Shown here: piece by piece, positions 45,199 to 56,105 of the stretch
How positions within the stretch are numbered: the stretch's first letter is position 1
Layout of the letters: each line of letters opens with the position of its first letter
NCBI GenBank assembly: GCA_054600435.1
Contig: BAAIJX010000021.1
Span: 248,001-312,000, forward strand
Source of the DNA: Neophaeotheca triangularis
Lineage: Eukaryota
Direction: 5' to 3'
Length of the DNA stretch: 64,000 bases
Program-made: the position numbers and the translations under genes
The notes under the pieces: model-generated
The model's database searches: none
Told to the model about the DNA's origin: nothing
The model's input: the letters and a program-made list of their open reading frames with translations, nothing else

Positions 45199-48100
45199 TC
45201 AAATGTTCCCAATGACAACCATAAACCTCAACTTTCCATTACCATCCCCGGCACCCCTTTCCCTGAAAGCTCCAGCTCCAGCTCCAACGCCTCCACCACC
45301 ACCAGCAACCCCACCTCTCCTCTCCTCCCCAGCACCACCACCGCCACCCATAAAACCCCCCTCATCCTTCTCCATCTCCCCCTGCTCCCCACCCTGCTGC
45401 GAAGAGAATAACCCCTCATCCAACATGAGCGTGCTACTTTTCCAGCCCCAACTCTGGCTGAAATTAAACTTATCCGGCGCGCTCTCGTACACACTTAGCA
45501 TGCGGCCGCCGCGCGAGGGGCTGTAGATTTTGAAGTAGGTTTTGATGGTAGGGCGGCCATCGACGTAGGGGGGTAGGGTCGGCACGTGGAATTTGCTTGC
45601 TGGTGTCGTGGTTCTTGGGCCAAAACCGCTGCTTAGGGCTTCGTCCGAGTCGGAGTCAGCGTCCGAGTCCGAGTCGGTGGCTGAGGGGGAAGGGGAGAGG
45701 AGCGCGTTCGAGAGGGCGCTCGTGGCGGCTTGCGGGCCGGGGCCTTGGGTGTTGCTGCTTTGCTGTTGGCGAGACGTGGTTGGATCGCCGCCGCCGTTCC
45801 GGGCGAGCAGGTTGCGCATTGTCCTGGATTGTTGGGTCAGGCCGTCGTTGCCCACGAGAGTGCCTTCTGGATCGCCCGCGCTACCGGAACTCTCGGCGCC
45901 GTCCGGGTCGTGGCCGTCGGAGCCGAGTGTTGTGCGACGCCGCCTTCGACGCTCGCGGTCCTCGCTTCGTAGGATCATCTCACGCTCTAGTTGGCCTATG
46001 CGTTCGTCGACACTTCCCTGTGCCAAGCCAGCAGTGCCTGCGACGACTTCTTCCGTTTCTCGCTCCTTTGCGCGATGCAGGTACACACCCAATTGCTTGG
46101 TTCGAGGAGAGGCTACCTTTTGCACGTAAATGTTCCACAGGCTGCCGGCGTAGAAGACCGTGCGAGAGTAGATCCTCTTCCTCTCTTTCATCAAGCGAGG
46201 GTTTTGGAATTCTGCAGAGAACCTGAATGGTGGGAAATGAGTATAGTTGACTGGTGGTGGCGCGGGCTCTGCTTGGCTTTCAGCCGTGCTTGGTCGCGGT
46301 GCTGTACTGCTTGCCGCAGCAGCTGCAAAATCCGTCCCCCATTGCGCGTCTTCCGGTTGGAGAGTGGCTGAAAGTCTGTTGGCGTGTCGCTGCGATGCTG
46401 GATTGCTAGAGGTTGCAATGACAGGGTCCGCATTTCCGCCCATGACGATGTTGCAGTCTGAGCTGGGGATCCAGAATTTGCGCGGTTTGCCATTTCCATC
46501 CCAACTACCACTGTCGAGGTCCTCGTACTCAGCTTCTGCCGGGTCGTCTTCGAATGACGTAGCCTTCTGTTTGCCCTTTGAAAGAGGAGGCGACGATGGC
46601 GTGGTGATGGACATGGTTGTGTCCTTGCTCGCGGGAACCTCGCCTTCGACCTCCTCCGCAGCTTGAAAGCTGATGCCAAGCTCCATTTCATTCTCGCGCG
46701 TGTTCATGATGCGTTGACGAAGCTCCATTTGTTGCCATAAAGCATCACTCATCACTTTCTCGGGCATCACGGGAAGCCCAAGTACATCGCGCGAGCGTCG
46801 GATGAACTGTAGTTGCTCAAAATCGAGATGCAAGTAGTGAATGCCTTCGTCCAGCAGTACGAGTATTGGTTCGACATCGGTGTGGGTGTATGGGGCAATC
46901 CAGCGTTGCAAGCCATCCGGTACGCCTCTCCCTGTACCTACGCTGTTTCTACGATAGACGGTGTCGAAGCGCACAGCCATAAGATTGACAGTGTCTGGAG
47001 CCTTGAGCACCTTTCGGCGATTACCAGGCATCACCAGTCCACCCTCAATGGCCCGGCCTTTGAGTCGACGGTCAAGTATCCTTTTGGCAAGGACCCAGCG
47101 ATCCCACTCCCCATCTACGAAGAAGCCATCGCCCCCTACTATCTCTCGAATGATATCACCAGGAATACCGTCCCAATGTTTCAAACGCATTTTCCAGCCA
47201 TCCCTGCATAACATGGCCTTTGCGCTAGCCAGTATCTTGTCGCCCGCCCTACCGTAGTAATTGCTAGTCACTAGCTTGATTAGAGGGGAAAGTGTCGCAG
47301 GGGTCATTTGCCTGAGCATAGACTCTATGGAAGCGTCGATGAGGTCCTGCATCTCGAGCCAGCATCCAGTCGCGAAAAGGCCAATGGCGTCGGCGTCTTC
47401 TTCGCCCAGGCTATTGCAGCCATACAAGCGCTTGAGCGCCAATTCAAAGCTATGCTGCGTGATTGTAGAGTCAATGTCTTCCGGGTGCACTGTCATTTCT
47501 TTTGCATTGGCTTCCAGCCACGGCTCAGAAAGTGCAATCGTGAAGAAGGGTGCACGATCGAGGATGATCCTGTGCAGTTTGTAACCATGACCAAAAGCAA
47601 AAACGGTGATATCCGAATGTCTCCCATCGATGAGACCTCTTGCATAAAGATGATCTGTTAAGCCGGCGCCCTCGGCAGATATAAGTTGCCTCGTGTAGTT
47701 TGACATTTGTCTCTTGGGGTGACTTGTGTAAGAAGTGCTCCGTGACTGCTCTGGAGAAACTGCAGCTTGCACAGCAAATAGCCGACTGAGCGTGGTCATT
47801 GGGGTTGAGCCTCGTCTGTTGATAGCAGTGCTTTGTGGTGAAGTCGGATCAGTAGGGTCATCTGCGTCCTTTTCGACCCGCGGCATTCTCCTTCTCCTGT
47901 CAACGGTCGCTCTGACCTCGTCAGCATATTGGTCGTTTCTCCTCCCTTCATTGGATGCGCCCGATAGACCAGCCAGTGGGCCTGAGGCTCTAGGAACTGC
48001 CTCCTCTTCATCATCTTGGCTGGGATGCGTCAAGCTAAGTAGCGGTGGCCGAGCTGGCGGTGCTTCTTGAGATGGTCCCGAGCCAAAGATAGAGGAACTG

Positions 48101-48438
48101 CCACCTCCAAAGAGCGTTGCAGGGACATCACTGTGCCTCCCACCTCTAACAATCTCTCGTTTGTGTGAAGGCACAAATTGTCCGGCCAGCTCTTGTTCAA
48201 GACGTTTTGTAGCGCTCAAAGCGGCCGGAGAAGTATCGTCGGCAGGTTGAGAAGCTTTGGGTCCTGCAGAAAAGTTCGAGGTGGAGGAATCAGCACCAGG
48301 CAGCGACTGGCTATCTTCATGATGCCAGAATGAGCGAGGTTGGCTCTGCTGTATTGGACGAGAAGCTGTGGAAGATGAGGGTGCTTCGGCGCGGAGTCCG
48401 GGCCTCGAGGCATCGTCTGGGTCGTCTAATCGAGGCAT
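45199..48438 (-). CDS. BTB/POZ-domain protein with MATH-like C-terminal region (putative Cul3 adaptor)
   Basis: HSDITVFAFGHGYKLHRIILDRAPFF (BTB). C-terminal FPPFRFSAEF, FYAGSLWNIYVQK, SAPDKFNFSQSWGW and LRFMVVIG. Confidence 0.8.
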   Translation of the reverse strand: MPRLDDPDDASRPGLRAEAPSSSTASRPIQQSQPRSFWHHEDSQSLPGADSSTSNFSAGPKASQPADDTSPAALSATKRLEQELAGQFVPSHKREIVRGGRHSDVPATLFGGGSSSIFGSGPSQEAPPARPPLLSLTHPSQDDEEEAVPRASGPLAGLSGASNEGRRNDQYADEVRATVDRRRRMPRVEKDADDPTDPTSPQSTAINRRGSTPMTTLSRLFAVQAAVSPEQSRSTSYTSHPKRQMSNYTRQLISAEGAGLTDHLYARGLIDGRHSDITVFAFGHGYKLHRIILDRAPFFTIALSEPWLEANAKEMTVHPEDIDSTITQHSFELALKRLYGCNSLGEEDADAIGLFATGCWLEMQDLIDASIESMLRQMTPATLSPLIKLVTSNYYGRAGDKILASAKAMLCRDGWKMRLKHWDGIPGDIIREIVGGDGFFVDGEWDRWVLAKRILDRRLKGRAIEGGLVMPGNRRKVLKAPDTVNLMAVRFDTVYRRNSVGTGRGVPDGLQRWIAPYTHTDVEPILVLLDEGIHYLHLDFEQLQFIRRSRDVLGLPVMPEKVMSDALWQQMELRQRIMNTRENEMELGISFQAAEEVEGEVPASKDTTMSITTPSSPPLSKGKQKATSFEDDPAEAEYEDLDSGSWDGNGKPRKFWIPSSDCNIVMGGNADPVIATSSNPASQRHANRLSATLQPEDAQWGTDFAAAAASSTAPRPSTAESQAEPAPPPVNYTHFPPFRFSAEFQNPRLMKERKRIYSRTVFYAGSLWNIYVQKVASPRTKQLGVYLHRAKERETEEVVAGTAGLAQGSVDERIGQLEREMILRSEDRERRRRRRTTLGSDGHDPDGAESSGSAGDPEGTLVGNDGLTQQSRTMRNLLARNGGGDPTTSRQQQSSNTQGPGPQAATSALSNALLSPSPSATDSDSDADSDSDEALSSGFGPRTTTPASKFHVPTLPPYVDGRPTIKTYFKIYSPSRGGRMLSVYESAPDKFNFSQSWGWKSSTLMLDEGLFSSQQGGEQGEMEKDEGGFMGGGGGAGEERRGGVAGGGGGVGAGAGAFRERGAGDGNGKLRFMVVIGNI

Positions 48439-49067
48439 GGTAGCGTCGAAGGCTCGCCGCAGCTGCTAAGAGATGGAAAGACGACGACAAGAAGCACGCC
48501 TAGATTTGTATCATCATGGCGCCTGGCGGGGCATATAGGTAGGCAGTAGGCAGAGGTTGTGGGCGTCGGCTGACCGCTTTCCAGGCAGGTTTGCGATGAT
48601 GCACGGAAGGACGAGGTGCTAGTAGCCTGTGCGCCACTGGCGAGCTGTTGTAGCTACAGCAGCATCTGATGAAGGGTGTTGAAACCTGTATCGCCACCTC
48701 CCGTCCCCTATGCTGTGGCGTCGCAGTTGTATGTCTCCCCGATGATGAGAAAGATCAGAATACCTTAGGTGCCCAAATTTGTGTAACAATGCATGGCATG
48801 AATTGATGGAGCCCATCAAAGTGTCAAGTAAAGTTGCGGGAAGCGTTGACCCGAAAGCGACGAAAGTGGAGTGATTTGTTGCGAGACCAGACCCTGCATT
48901 ATTATCCAATTTGATGATGAGGGGCGGCCAGTGCTTCTTTCCTCTTTCGCAGAGACGACTCAGACGATTACCACGATATTATTTCCATAGGCGATTACTC
49001 TCGACTAGACAACGACAGCACCGAACGATCAGCCTATCATTTCGACCACGGCGAACAAAGCAACCCC

Positions 49068-50612
49068 ATGGCCGGCACGACGACCCTCTCCGGCAGCTCG
49101 CCGTTACGAATGCGCCTCTCGCAACTCGCCCAGGAGGCATTTGTATGCCGCCGCTGCTTGCACCAACAAGCGCAGACACAGTCAAGACAGTCTATCCGCT
49201 CTCTCCGCCAGACACCCTTCCTCAAGGCCTTCCGTCAACCACGGCCCCCTCAGGCCCGCCATCAAAGTTCCGCAATCCCCCAATCACATCCCACCTCGTC
49301 GCCTCTGGGAGCTCTAGGCCAGAACATCAAACCACTCTCACGGCATTCGTCCAAAACCACAAAGTCGTCTTGGCCCGAAACAAATAGCAAATCCGTAGGG
49401 TACTGGTTGCTCGGCTCCGCAGCATCGGTGTTCGGAATCGTCGTCTTTGGCGGCTTGACCAGGCTCACCGAGTCCGGCCTCTCCATCACAGAATGGCGAC
49501 CAGTAACGGGTTCGTTTCCGCCTCGGAATCAAAGCGACTGGGAGGAGGAGTTCGCGCGGTACAAGCTGTCGCCTGAGTTCAAGATGCTGAATTCGAGAAT
49601 GAATTTGGAAGAGTTCAAGCAGATATATTGGATGGAGTGGGGACATCGACTTTGGGGTAGGGTTGTAGGTATTACTTTTCTGCTGCCGACTGCGTACTTT
49701 GTCGTCAGGCGGCGGGTGACTCGTAACATGGCTCTGAAACTCACAGGGATCTGCGGGTTGATCGGCTTCCAGGGCTTTTTGGGGTGGTGGATGGTCAAGA
49801 GTGGGTTGAAAGATGATCTTTTCGCGCAGGGCTCGCATCCACGTGTGAGCCAATACCGCCTCGCCGCCCATCTGGGTACAGCCTTCCTGTGTTATTGCGC
49901 CATGCTCTGGAATGGCCTAACCGTTTTCAAAGACCACCGCCTGCTCAAAGACCCTGACGCTGGCCTCCGCACAGTCGAGACACTTCAACGCCCCGAGCTC
50001 CGTCGGTTCAGACGCTCAGTAGCAGCCCTCAGCCTCCTGGTCTTCACCACCGCCATCTCAGGAGCATTGGTAGCCGGCCTCGACGCCGGCCTCATCTACA
50101 ACGACTTCCCCTGGATGGGCCAAAACATCCTCCCCCCCAAGCGCGAAATGCTCGACCCCTTTTACTCGCACACGCCGGATCAAAGCGACCTTTACTGGCG
50201 CAATGCGCTCGAGAATCCCGTGCTCGTGCAGCTCGACCACCGCATCCTCGCTACCAGCACTTTCACCGCCATCATGTCGCTCTGGGCTTACACGCGCTTC
50301 AGCCGAAACGTCCGCTCCACGCTCCCGACGGGCGGTAAAAAGGGCGTCCTCGGTCTCGTGCACCTCGTGAGCTTGCAAGTTACTCTCGGCATCACTACGC
50401 TATGGTATTTGGTCCCTACCTGGTTGGCGGCGTCGCATCAAGCGGGTGCACTGGCGCTGCTGAGTGGCATTGTTCTGCTAGGGAATCGTGTTTGGATTCC
50501 TGGTAGGACGATCAGGTTGTTGAAGTCGAGGCTTGCCGCGGCCAAGGGTGCGACGTCTGGTCATGGCCCTAGGGCTGGGTTTGCGCAAACGGAGTTTGTG
50601 GCCAAGAAGTAA
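49068..50612 (+). CDS. COX15: Heme A synthase
   Basis: Basic mitochondrial-type presequence, GGLTRLTESGLSITEW, EWGHRLWGR, RVSQYRLAAH, GALVAGLDAG, QLDHR and AASHQ. Confidence 0.97.
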   Translation: MAGTTTLSGSSPLRMRLSQLAQEAFVCRRCLHQQAQTQSRQSIRSLRQTPFLKAFRQPRPPQARHQSSAIPQSHPTSSPLGALGQNIKPLSRHSSKTTKSSWPETNSKSVGYWLLGSAASVFGIVVFGGLTRLTESGLSITEWRPVTGSFPPRNQSDWEEEFARYKLSPEFKMLNSRMNLEEFKQIYWMEWGHRLWGRVVGITFLLPTAYFVVRRRVTRNMALKLTGICGLIGFQGFLGWWMVKSGLKDDLFAQGSHPRVSQYRLAAHLGTAFLCYCAMLWNGLTVFKDHRLLKDPDAGLRTVETLQRPELRRFRRSVAALSLLVFTTAISGALVAGLDAGLIYNDFPWMGQNILPPKREMLDPFYSHTPDQSDLYWRNALENPVLVQLDHRILATSTFTAIMSLWAYTRFSRNVRSTLPTGGKKGVLGLVHLVSLQVTLGITTLWYLVPTWLAASHQAGALALLSGIVLLGNRVWIPGRTIRLLKSRLAAAKGATSGHGPRAGFAQTEFVAKK

Positions 50613-51170
50613 ACGTGCTGTGCCTTATGTAGTATCATGGGGCTTTTGTATCTCTACTGTACGTTTTTGGATTCGTAATTTCTATTGCAGCCACTTATCC
50701 ATGCTGCTACGTCGCTTTCTAGTCACATCACGTGACGCTGAACATCTAATTCTCCCCTTCGTTAATCAATAGAGCTTTCTTCCATCGCACTACCAATCTT
50801 TTGCTTTGCTACAAGCTCTGTGCCCTCGCCCGACAGACTTTTGATGTCGTCAAACACCGCCTTTGACCCCCGCAGCCCTACAGTCGCGCGGGTCACACTC
50901 CGACCTTGAGCCGAACCCTTTCTCCCGAAGTAGCTGCAACAGTAAGCATAGTCGAAGCTCTCGACGTCTGTTCGGCCATAGGCGCTTGCTAACTGAGTTA
51001 ACAGTTTTCTCACCCGACCAGAGCCAGACCTCGTCCGTGGTAGTCTGGCAGAGTGTTTGATACCGCAAGGCGATCCTTCGAGACAGCTTTGTCGTGGAGA
51101 CTCTGCGATGGAATCGTCTTCGGGCCAAGCAGCAGCTACGGCCTTTATATTCCACGTCCATAAGAATCTC

Positions 51171-52907
51171 TCAATGACCACGGGTGTCGTCGCCAACGGT
51201 GTAGCCCCTCGCAATACCACTCCTCCCTTCCTCCATAGCCGCGCCACGAATTTTGCCGTTCTCGTCACGCTCGTAAGCGACTTCGTGATCGCTCCCCAAG
51301 CCCTGCCAGGTGCGTTGACTGCGGAGGAATTCCGCGGCCGGGGAGACGGTGCCGTTGACGCTGGCCAGTTCGCCCTTTGTGCGTTGAATCAGTGCTGAAC
51401 TTGAAGCGGCTGACTTGTTCGAGCCGTTGGTGTTGGGAGTTGGTGCTAGGGGGTCGCGAGGCCGGCCCATGGGTCGGGAATGGCTGACGTAGCGGCCTGT
51501 GCGGAGGTCGAATTCGGGTGGCTCGTCATCGGAGGGCTCGTCTTCCCAGTTGCCTGTGGAAGCGGTTCCTTCCTGCTGTGCGTTTTGCGTGTCCGTTGTC
51601 TTCTTCTCCCTGCCCAACAGAGCGGAAAAGTCGCCCACCCATTCGTTGCCCCACACGCGCTCCTTGTCGTCAGTCAAGGCCATTTCGAGCTCGAACGGCG
51701 TGATGATCGGACGGAAGAATTCCTTGCTTTCTATGAGAGAACTTTCCCAACACCCTATAACGACCCAGCCACCAATCTCAGAGAAGTTTGCCACCTTGGC
51801 AGCGTTGACTTTGCCGACGACAAAGACGTAGGCTTTCTTGCCCGCTCGAGCTATCAGGTCTTGACAATGCTGCAAAGCGACGAGGTAGTTCTTGACACTT
51901 AGCGTGTTGATGAGGATGCCGAAGACTCCGACGGTGGATAGTCTCGTTATCAAAGCATAGCGTCTCCGGAGCACTTGGCTCGTGAAGGCTTCCAATGCTT
52001 CTGGCCTGCCAGTAGCTGTGGATTCGGCATCTGTGGGATAGATGTGGATGCTTTGTACGCGGGATGAGAGGATGAGTAGAAGAGAGGTAGGAGGCGAAGA
52101 GACGTGGAATATGGCATAATCGTCCAACCCTTTGCCGTCTGCTTGCACATCTTTCGGCAGCGTTCTGTTCGGTAGAGGGGAGGCAGGATTCGCCTCGATT
52201 TCGGTAGGATGGACTTTGCTATAGCCAGCAGCCGCCAGCTTCCTGTAGAGTCCAGGTATATGATGAGCGTAGGGTATATCCGCCATGAGACACACTTTTC
52301 GGTCGTGGTCCTCGTAGGTGCTTTCGAAACTCGCTACAACTGCATCCAGATCCAGGGGCTTTGTGGTGAAGACGTAAATGACAGGCAGCCGTGCTGTCGG
52401 CGACAAGCAGGATCGACCATAATGCACAACCACATCAGCATCGACGTGCTCAGCCGCCACCTCATCGACGCAGCACGCGCCATAGGACGTATCACCTAGA
52501 ATACAGAGCTTTTGCGAAAGTGCTGCTGAAGCACTGGCTGGCTCGCTTAACGATAAACCCTGCAGCTTCTCAGTCGCGGCTACGGCGCCAGAGTCACTCT
52601 CATTGCCACATCTTCTGGCTGCGGCCCCGGCCTTTTGCAAACCGTCTTGGAGCAACTCGAAAACTCTGGGAGCGTCCGTGAGCATGTGGTCGGGAAATTG
52701 TAGAGCGACGCTTTTGTATTGTCCTTTTCGAAGCTCGGAAATGGTGCGTTCGATCTCATACTGAACGGATAATTGCTCATCGGATAGTTTGTTGGAGACG
52801 TGGGACTGATGAGTCTGTATCTGTATTTGCATCGAGGTGGCATCCGTCGATTCCTCAAAGATGTGCTCGGCAGGCGTCGATAGCACTGGCGCACTTTGGC
52901 TCGCCAT
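51171..52907 (-). CDS. DPH2: Diphthamide biosynthesis protein 2
   Basis: VALQFPD, GDTSYGACCVDEVAAEH, HYGRSCLSP, GKVNAAKVANF, RTWQGLG and terminal EGRSGIARGY, typical of Dph2 rather than Dph1. Confidence 0.93.
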   Translation of the reverse strand: MASQSAPVLSTPAEHIFEESTDATSMQIQIQTHQSHVSNKLSDEQLSVQYEIERTISELRKGQYKSVALQFPDHMLTDAPRVFELLQDGLQKAGAAARRCGNESDSGAVAATEKLQGLSLSEPASASAALSQKLCILGDTSYGACCVDEVAAEHVDADVVVHYGRSCLSPTARLPVIYVFTTKPLDLDAVVASFESTYEDHDRKVCLMADIPYAHHIPGLYRKLAAAGYSKVHPTEIEANPASPLPNRTLPKDVQADGKGLDDYAIFHVSSPPTSLLLILSSRVQSIHIYPTDAESTATGRPEALEAFTSQVLRRRYALITRLSTVGVFGILINTLSVKNYLVALQHCQDLIARAGKKAYVFVVGKVNAAKVANFSEIGGWVVIGCWESSLIESKEFFRPIITPFELEMALTDDKERVWGNEWVGDFSALLGREKKTTDTQNAQQEGTASTGNWEDEPSDDEPPEFDLRTGRYVSHSRPMGRPRDPLAPTPNTNGSNKSAASSSALIQRTKGELASVNGTVSPAAEFLRSQRTWQGLGSDHEVAYERDENGKIRGAAMEEGRSGIARGYTVGDDTRGH

Positions 52908-53332
52908 TGCTGACACTGCCTGACACTGACACTGACTGGCACGCGGTTGATTGAAGAGAACCTTGGGAGTAGGCAATCATCAGCTAGCACGTGTCGTGTC
53001 GTATCGTGTCGTGTCTTTCTTTAGTTTGGTCAGGCTCATGTAGTCACGAGCCTGCAAATGATTTGATCGTTTCTGGCGGAAAAAGTTACCGTACCGTACC
53101 AACGTACCTAGGTAGTTATTATAATAATGCAGAACGGCTTACTGGCTGCGCTTGCCAAGACTCGTGCACGGTGCAGTCTGCCAGCTTCCGGGCTTTAACC
53201 ACGCTACCTACAGGTATTAGACCAACATCACCGCCTCTTTCTCTTTCCTAATTACCTTACCTACACCCTCCAGACCTTCCTGCCACCTGCCAACCTTCCA
53301 CCACCTTCGCAACTGGTATTCTCAAGGCGAAC

Positions 53333-55456
53333 ATGGAGCTGCTGAACATAGAGATTCAGCGCCAGACTCTTGAGCAAAATGTTGCCAAATTGCAGCAAAG
53401 CCTGAAGCACTGGCAAACTTGGGAGGCCGAATATGAAGGCCTGAAGGAGGAGATTTTGGGTGTCGAAGAAGAGCTTACGCCTGACCACCTCTCAGCGCTT
53501 GCTGAAGATTACCAAGGCGAGCTGCTCAACGCCGGTGAGATCCGGGACCTCGTCGGATTCGACAAAGTTCCACCCCGGGAACGCGGGCAGATCGTTGGCT
53601 TGATAGCACGCAGGCAGGAGTACGTTCAGAGGAATGTGCAAACCATTGAGAAGCAGCTTGAGGTTGCCCAAACCAGTTTGCGCCAGCTTGACGAAGCCTC
53701 ATCGACCGCAGGCGAAAGTTTGCCACTGACCGAGATTACCGAGGAGTTGGACGATGACGACAATGTTATTGTCAGCAAAACGACCAGGCCTGAAGAGACC
53801 CAAGCAAAGCTCATGACATCGCTGCGCAAAGCCGGATTGACCGAGAGTGATCTTGAAAAAGGGGCTGCCAATCAAGTTGCGCCATCCGCTGGCCAAAAGA
53901 CAGTAACAGCGCCCGAGGAGGACGGCAATAAAGCCATGGATCCCTCAACGACCGAGAACGTAGCAAAGCCCTCTTCCGCAGACGACACTTCAATTGCGGT
54001 TGAGGATGTCTCGCTACACGAGGACGACGCTACACGTCCGCAACGGCCGCCAGCACGTAAAAAGTCCGTGTCGTTTAGTGCGGACACAAAGCCGGCTCCC
54101 GAGTTAGCGCGCGAAGACCCTCTTGATGGGAAGAAGAGCGTCTCTTTTGCCGGCAAGATCGCGGTTGCTCCCGCTGCAGATCCACCCGATTCGAGATCGG
54201 TCTCCTTCTCGCCCCAAATTGAAGAGATACCAGCGCAGCCGGAAGCCAAGGTCTCCTTCTCTCCAAGTGTCGAGGAAATCCCGCCGCCACCACTTGGGCC
54301 AAACAACCCTGATCTCAAGGTCTCTTTTTCTCCTGAAGTAGAAACTATTCCCCAACAGCCTCCAGGTCCACCCGAAAATGCTTCTTCTCAGGCAAAAGGG
54401 GAGCTACAAGCGCAGATGATCAAACCCGGCGAGAAACTCATCGAGCTTGATGAGGAGGGCAACAACGTGAATGAACAACTCGTTGTCCCAGACGACGAAT
54501 CTGAAGACGACGCTCAGACTCGTCGCGAAATGCTCGAATATCACTTGAACGAAGTCGGCAACGTTGTGGCTCAGATCGACATGGAAGAGGCTTTTGGTGA
54601 TAACGATGACGCCAGATCTGATTTCACGAGTTCCGAGTACATGGAGGAAGAAGACACTCCTTATACCAGTGGTTTAGGATCTGATGATGAAGATGACGAT
54701 TACGACGATGAAGACGAACACGGACGATCCAAGGGTGCCGTTGTGACGGATGAGATGAAGAAGGAAATGCAAGAACTTCAACAACGCCTGATCGGCAACC
54801 TCGGACCGCATCCCAGGGAGCAGGAAGTAGAGGATGCGGTACCCGACTTCGATCCGCAAGAGTTCCGCAAGCTGGTTATCCGTGACAATGGGAGCAGCGA
54901 CGAGAAGCCCGTTAGCCAAGACACTGGCAAGAAGGCTGCGCAGAAGAAGCAAGTAAGCTTCTCAGACGAGCTCGATGTTGCTCAGCCGGAGGTACCAAAC
55001 TTATCACCTGAGCCCGAGGCGGCAGCAGAGCCTGTTTCGGACATCGTACCCGAGAGAAAGTCACTTGAGCCCACGGCGACAGCTTCGGTATCTGCCCCAA
55101 AGCCGGCCAGACCTTCGCGATTCAAAGCCGAACGCTCTCGCGCTACAAACGAGGAGGAAGCGCCGGCTGCGGGAGAGGGCCCGATTTTAGCTGATTCGCT
55201 TGTCGAGCGACCCGCCGCCGCGCCTACGCATGCGCCTTCGACAGACTCGCACGATCCCCTTCTTGCACGTCGTGAGCTGGCTGCAGACTACTATCGCCGG
55301 CGCAACGAGATGGTCAGGGAGCAAGGCGGCTTCAAAGTGCCAACGGGCAACGAAGACGAAGGCATCGGGGAGCTTATGGAAGAAAGGGATGGCAAAGTGA
55401 AGAAAGTCAGTCGTTTCAAAGCCGCCAGGATTGGAGGAGGTAGCGGTGGCTCGTAG
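53333..55456 (+). CDS. BUD27: Unconventional prefoldin URI/Bud27-like protein
   Basis: N-terminal prefoldin-like coiled coil (LKHWQTWEAEYEGLKEE..RRQEYV), EITEELD, acidic tracts, KSVSF repeats and C-terminal VSRFKAAR. Confidence 0.78.
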   Translation: MELLNIEIQRQTLEQNVAKLQQSLKHWQTWEAEYEGLKEEILGVEEELTPDHLSALAEDYQGELLNAGEIRDLVGFDKVPPRERGQIVGLIARRQEYVQRNVQTIEKQLEVAQTSLRQLDEASSTAGESLPLTEITEELDDDDNVIVSKTTRPEETQAKLMTSLRKAGLTESDLEKGAANQVAPSAGQKTVTAPEEDGNKAMDPSTTENVAKPSSADDTSIAVEDVSLHEDDATRPQRPPARKKSVSFSADTKPAPELAREDPLDGKKSVSFAGKIAVAPAADPPDSRSVSFSPQIEEIPAQPEAKVSFSPSVEEIPPPPLGPNNPDLKVSFSPEVETIPQQPPGPPENASSQAKGELQAQMIKPGEKLIELDEEGNNVNEQLVVPDDESEDDAQTRREMLEYHLNEVGNVVAQIDMEEAFGDNDDARSDFTSSEYMEEEDTPYTSGLGSDDEDDDYDDEDEHGRSKGAVVTDEMKKEMQELQQRLIGNLGPHPREQEVEDAVPDFDPQEFRKLVIRDNGSSDEKPVSQDTGKKAAQKKQVSFSDELDVAQPEVPNLSPEPEAAAEPVSDIVPERKSLEPTATASVSAPKPARPSRFKAERSRATNEEEAPAAGEGPILADSLVERPAAAPTHAPSTDSHDPLLARRELAADYYRRRNEMVREQGGFKVPTGNEDEGIGELMEERDGKVKKVSRFKAARIGGGSGGS

Positions 55457-56105
55457 TCGGTCACTGCCCGTAAGATGAAGTACTTGAATGCCACTCGAAT
55501 ATGCATGCGAAGTGTGCTAGCAAGGTAACGGTAGGTCATTTTCTCACTAGACCAGGCCAGCCAACGTTTCTCATCCATTGAGCCCCTGAATTGTTTCATC
55601 GGACGCTTCTACAAGTGCCACAGCTTCCTGAAAGCGCTGTGGCGCCTTACAAGCTGTCCTACAGCAATGTTGGTTTAGGGTGCTCTGACCTCACGCCTTT
55701 AGAAAAAGACGGGCATGTGGATTGAATACGCTCTAACATTTCTGACATCGTACCTAATGCTCATTGAATAGAACGCTCGAGATCTTGGTTTAGATGATAT
55801 TGCAACATGTATTTCACACGAGTCCTGTATGACACCGAGCCAGTGACATAATAGTGATAAGAACATTTATGGTATTGTACACAGCTGTAGTCGAAAGTAC
55901 ATAAAACAGACGGTCCCCAGACCCAGCCTTCTCGGTCTGACCGTGTCCGTGGAGAGTAGAGCGTAGATGTAGATTGCGGTCCACCATCACCCACACGCCA
56001 CGCTATGCAGGCCCCAAGAATCAGTAGAACGCCGATAGCGCTTTCAAGCGCAATTGTGTCGTCCCTATAGTATCCACCTTCCCCCTTCCCTCTTGCCAAA
56101 CAGTT

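Noticed and set aside
55700..55960. Possible C/D snoRNA between BUD27 and TIM17
   Set aside because: No canonical RTGATGA C box with a terminal stem and no identifiable rRNA guide.
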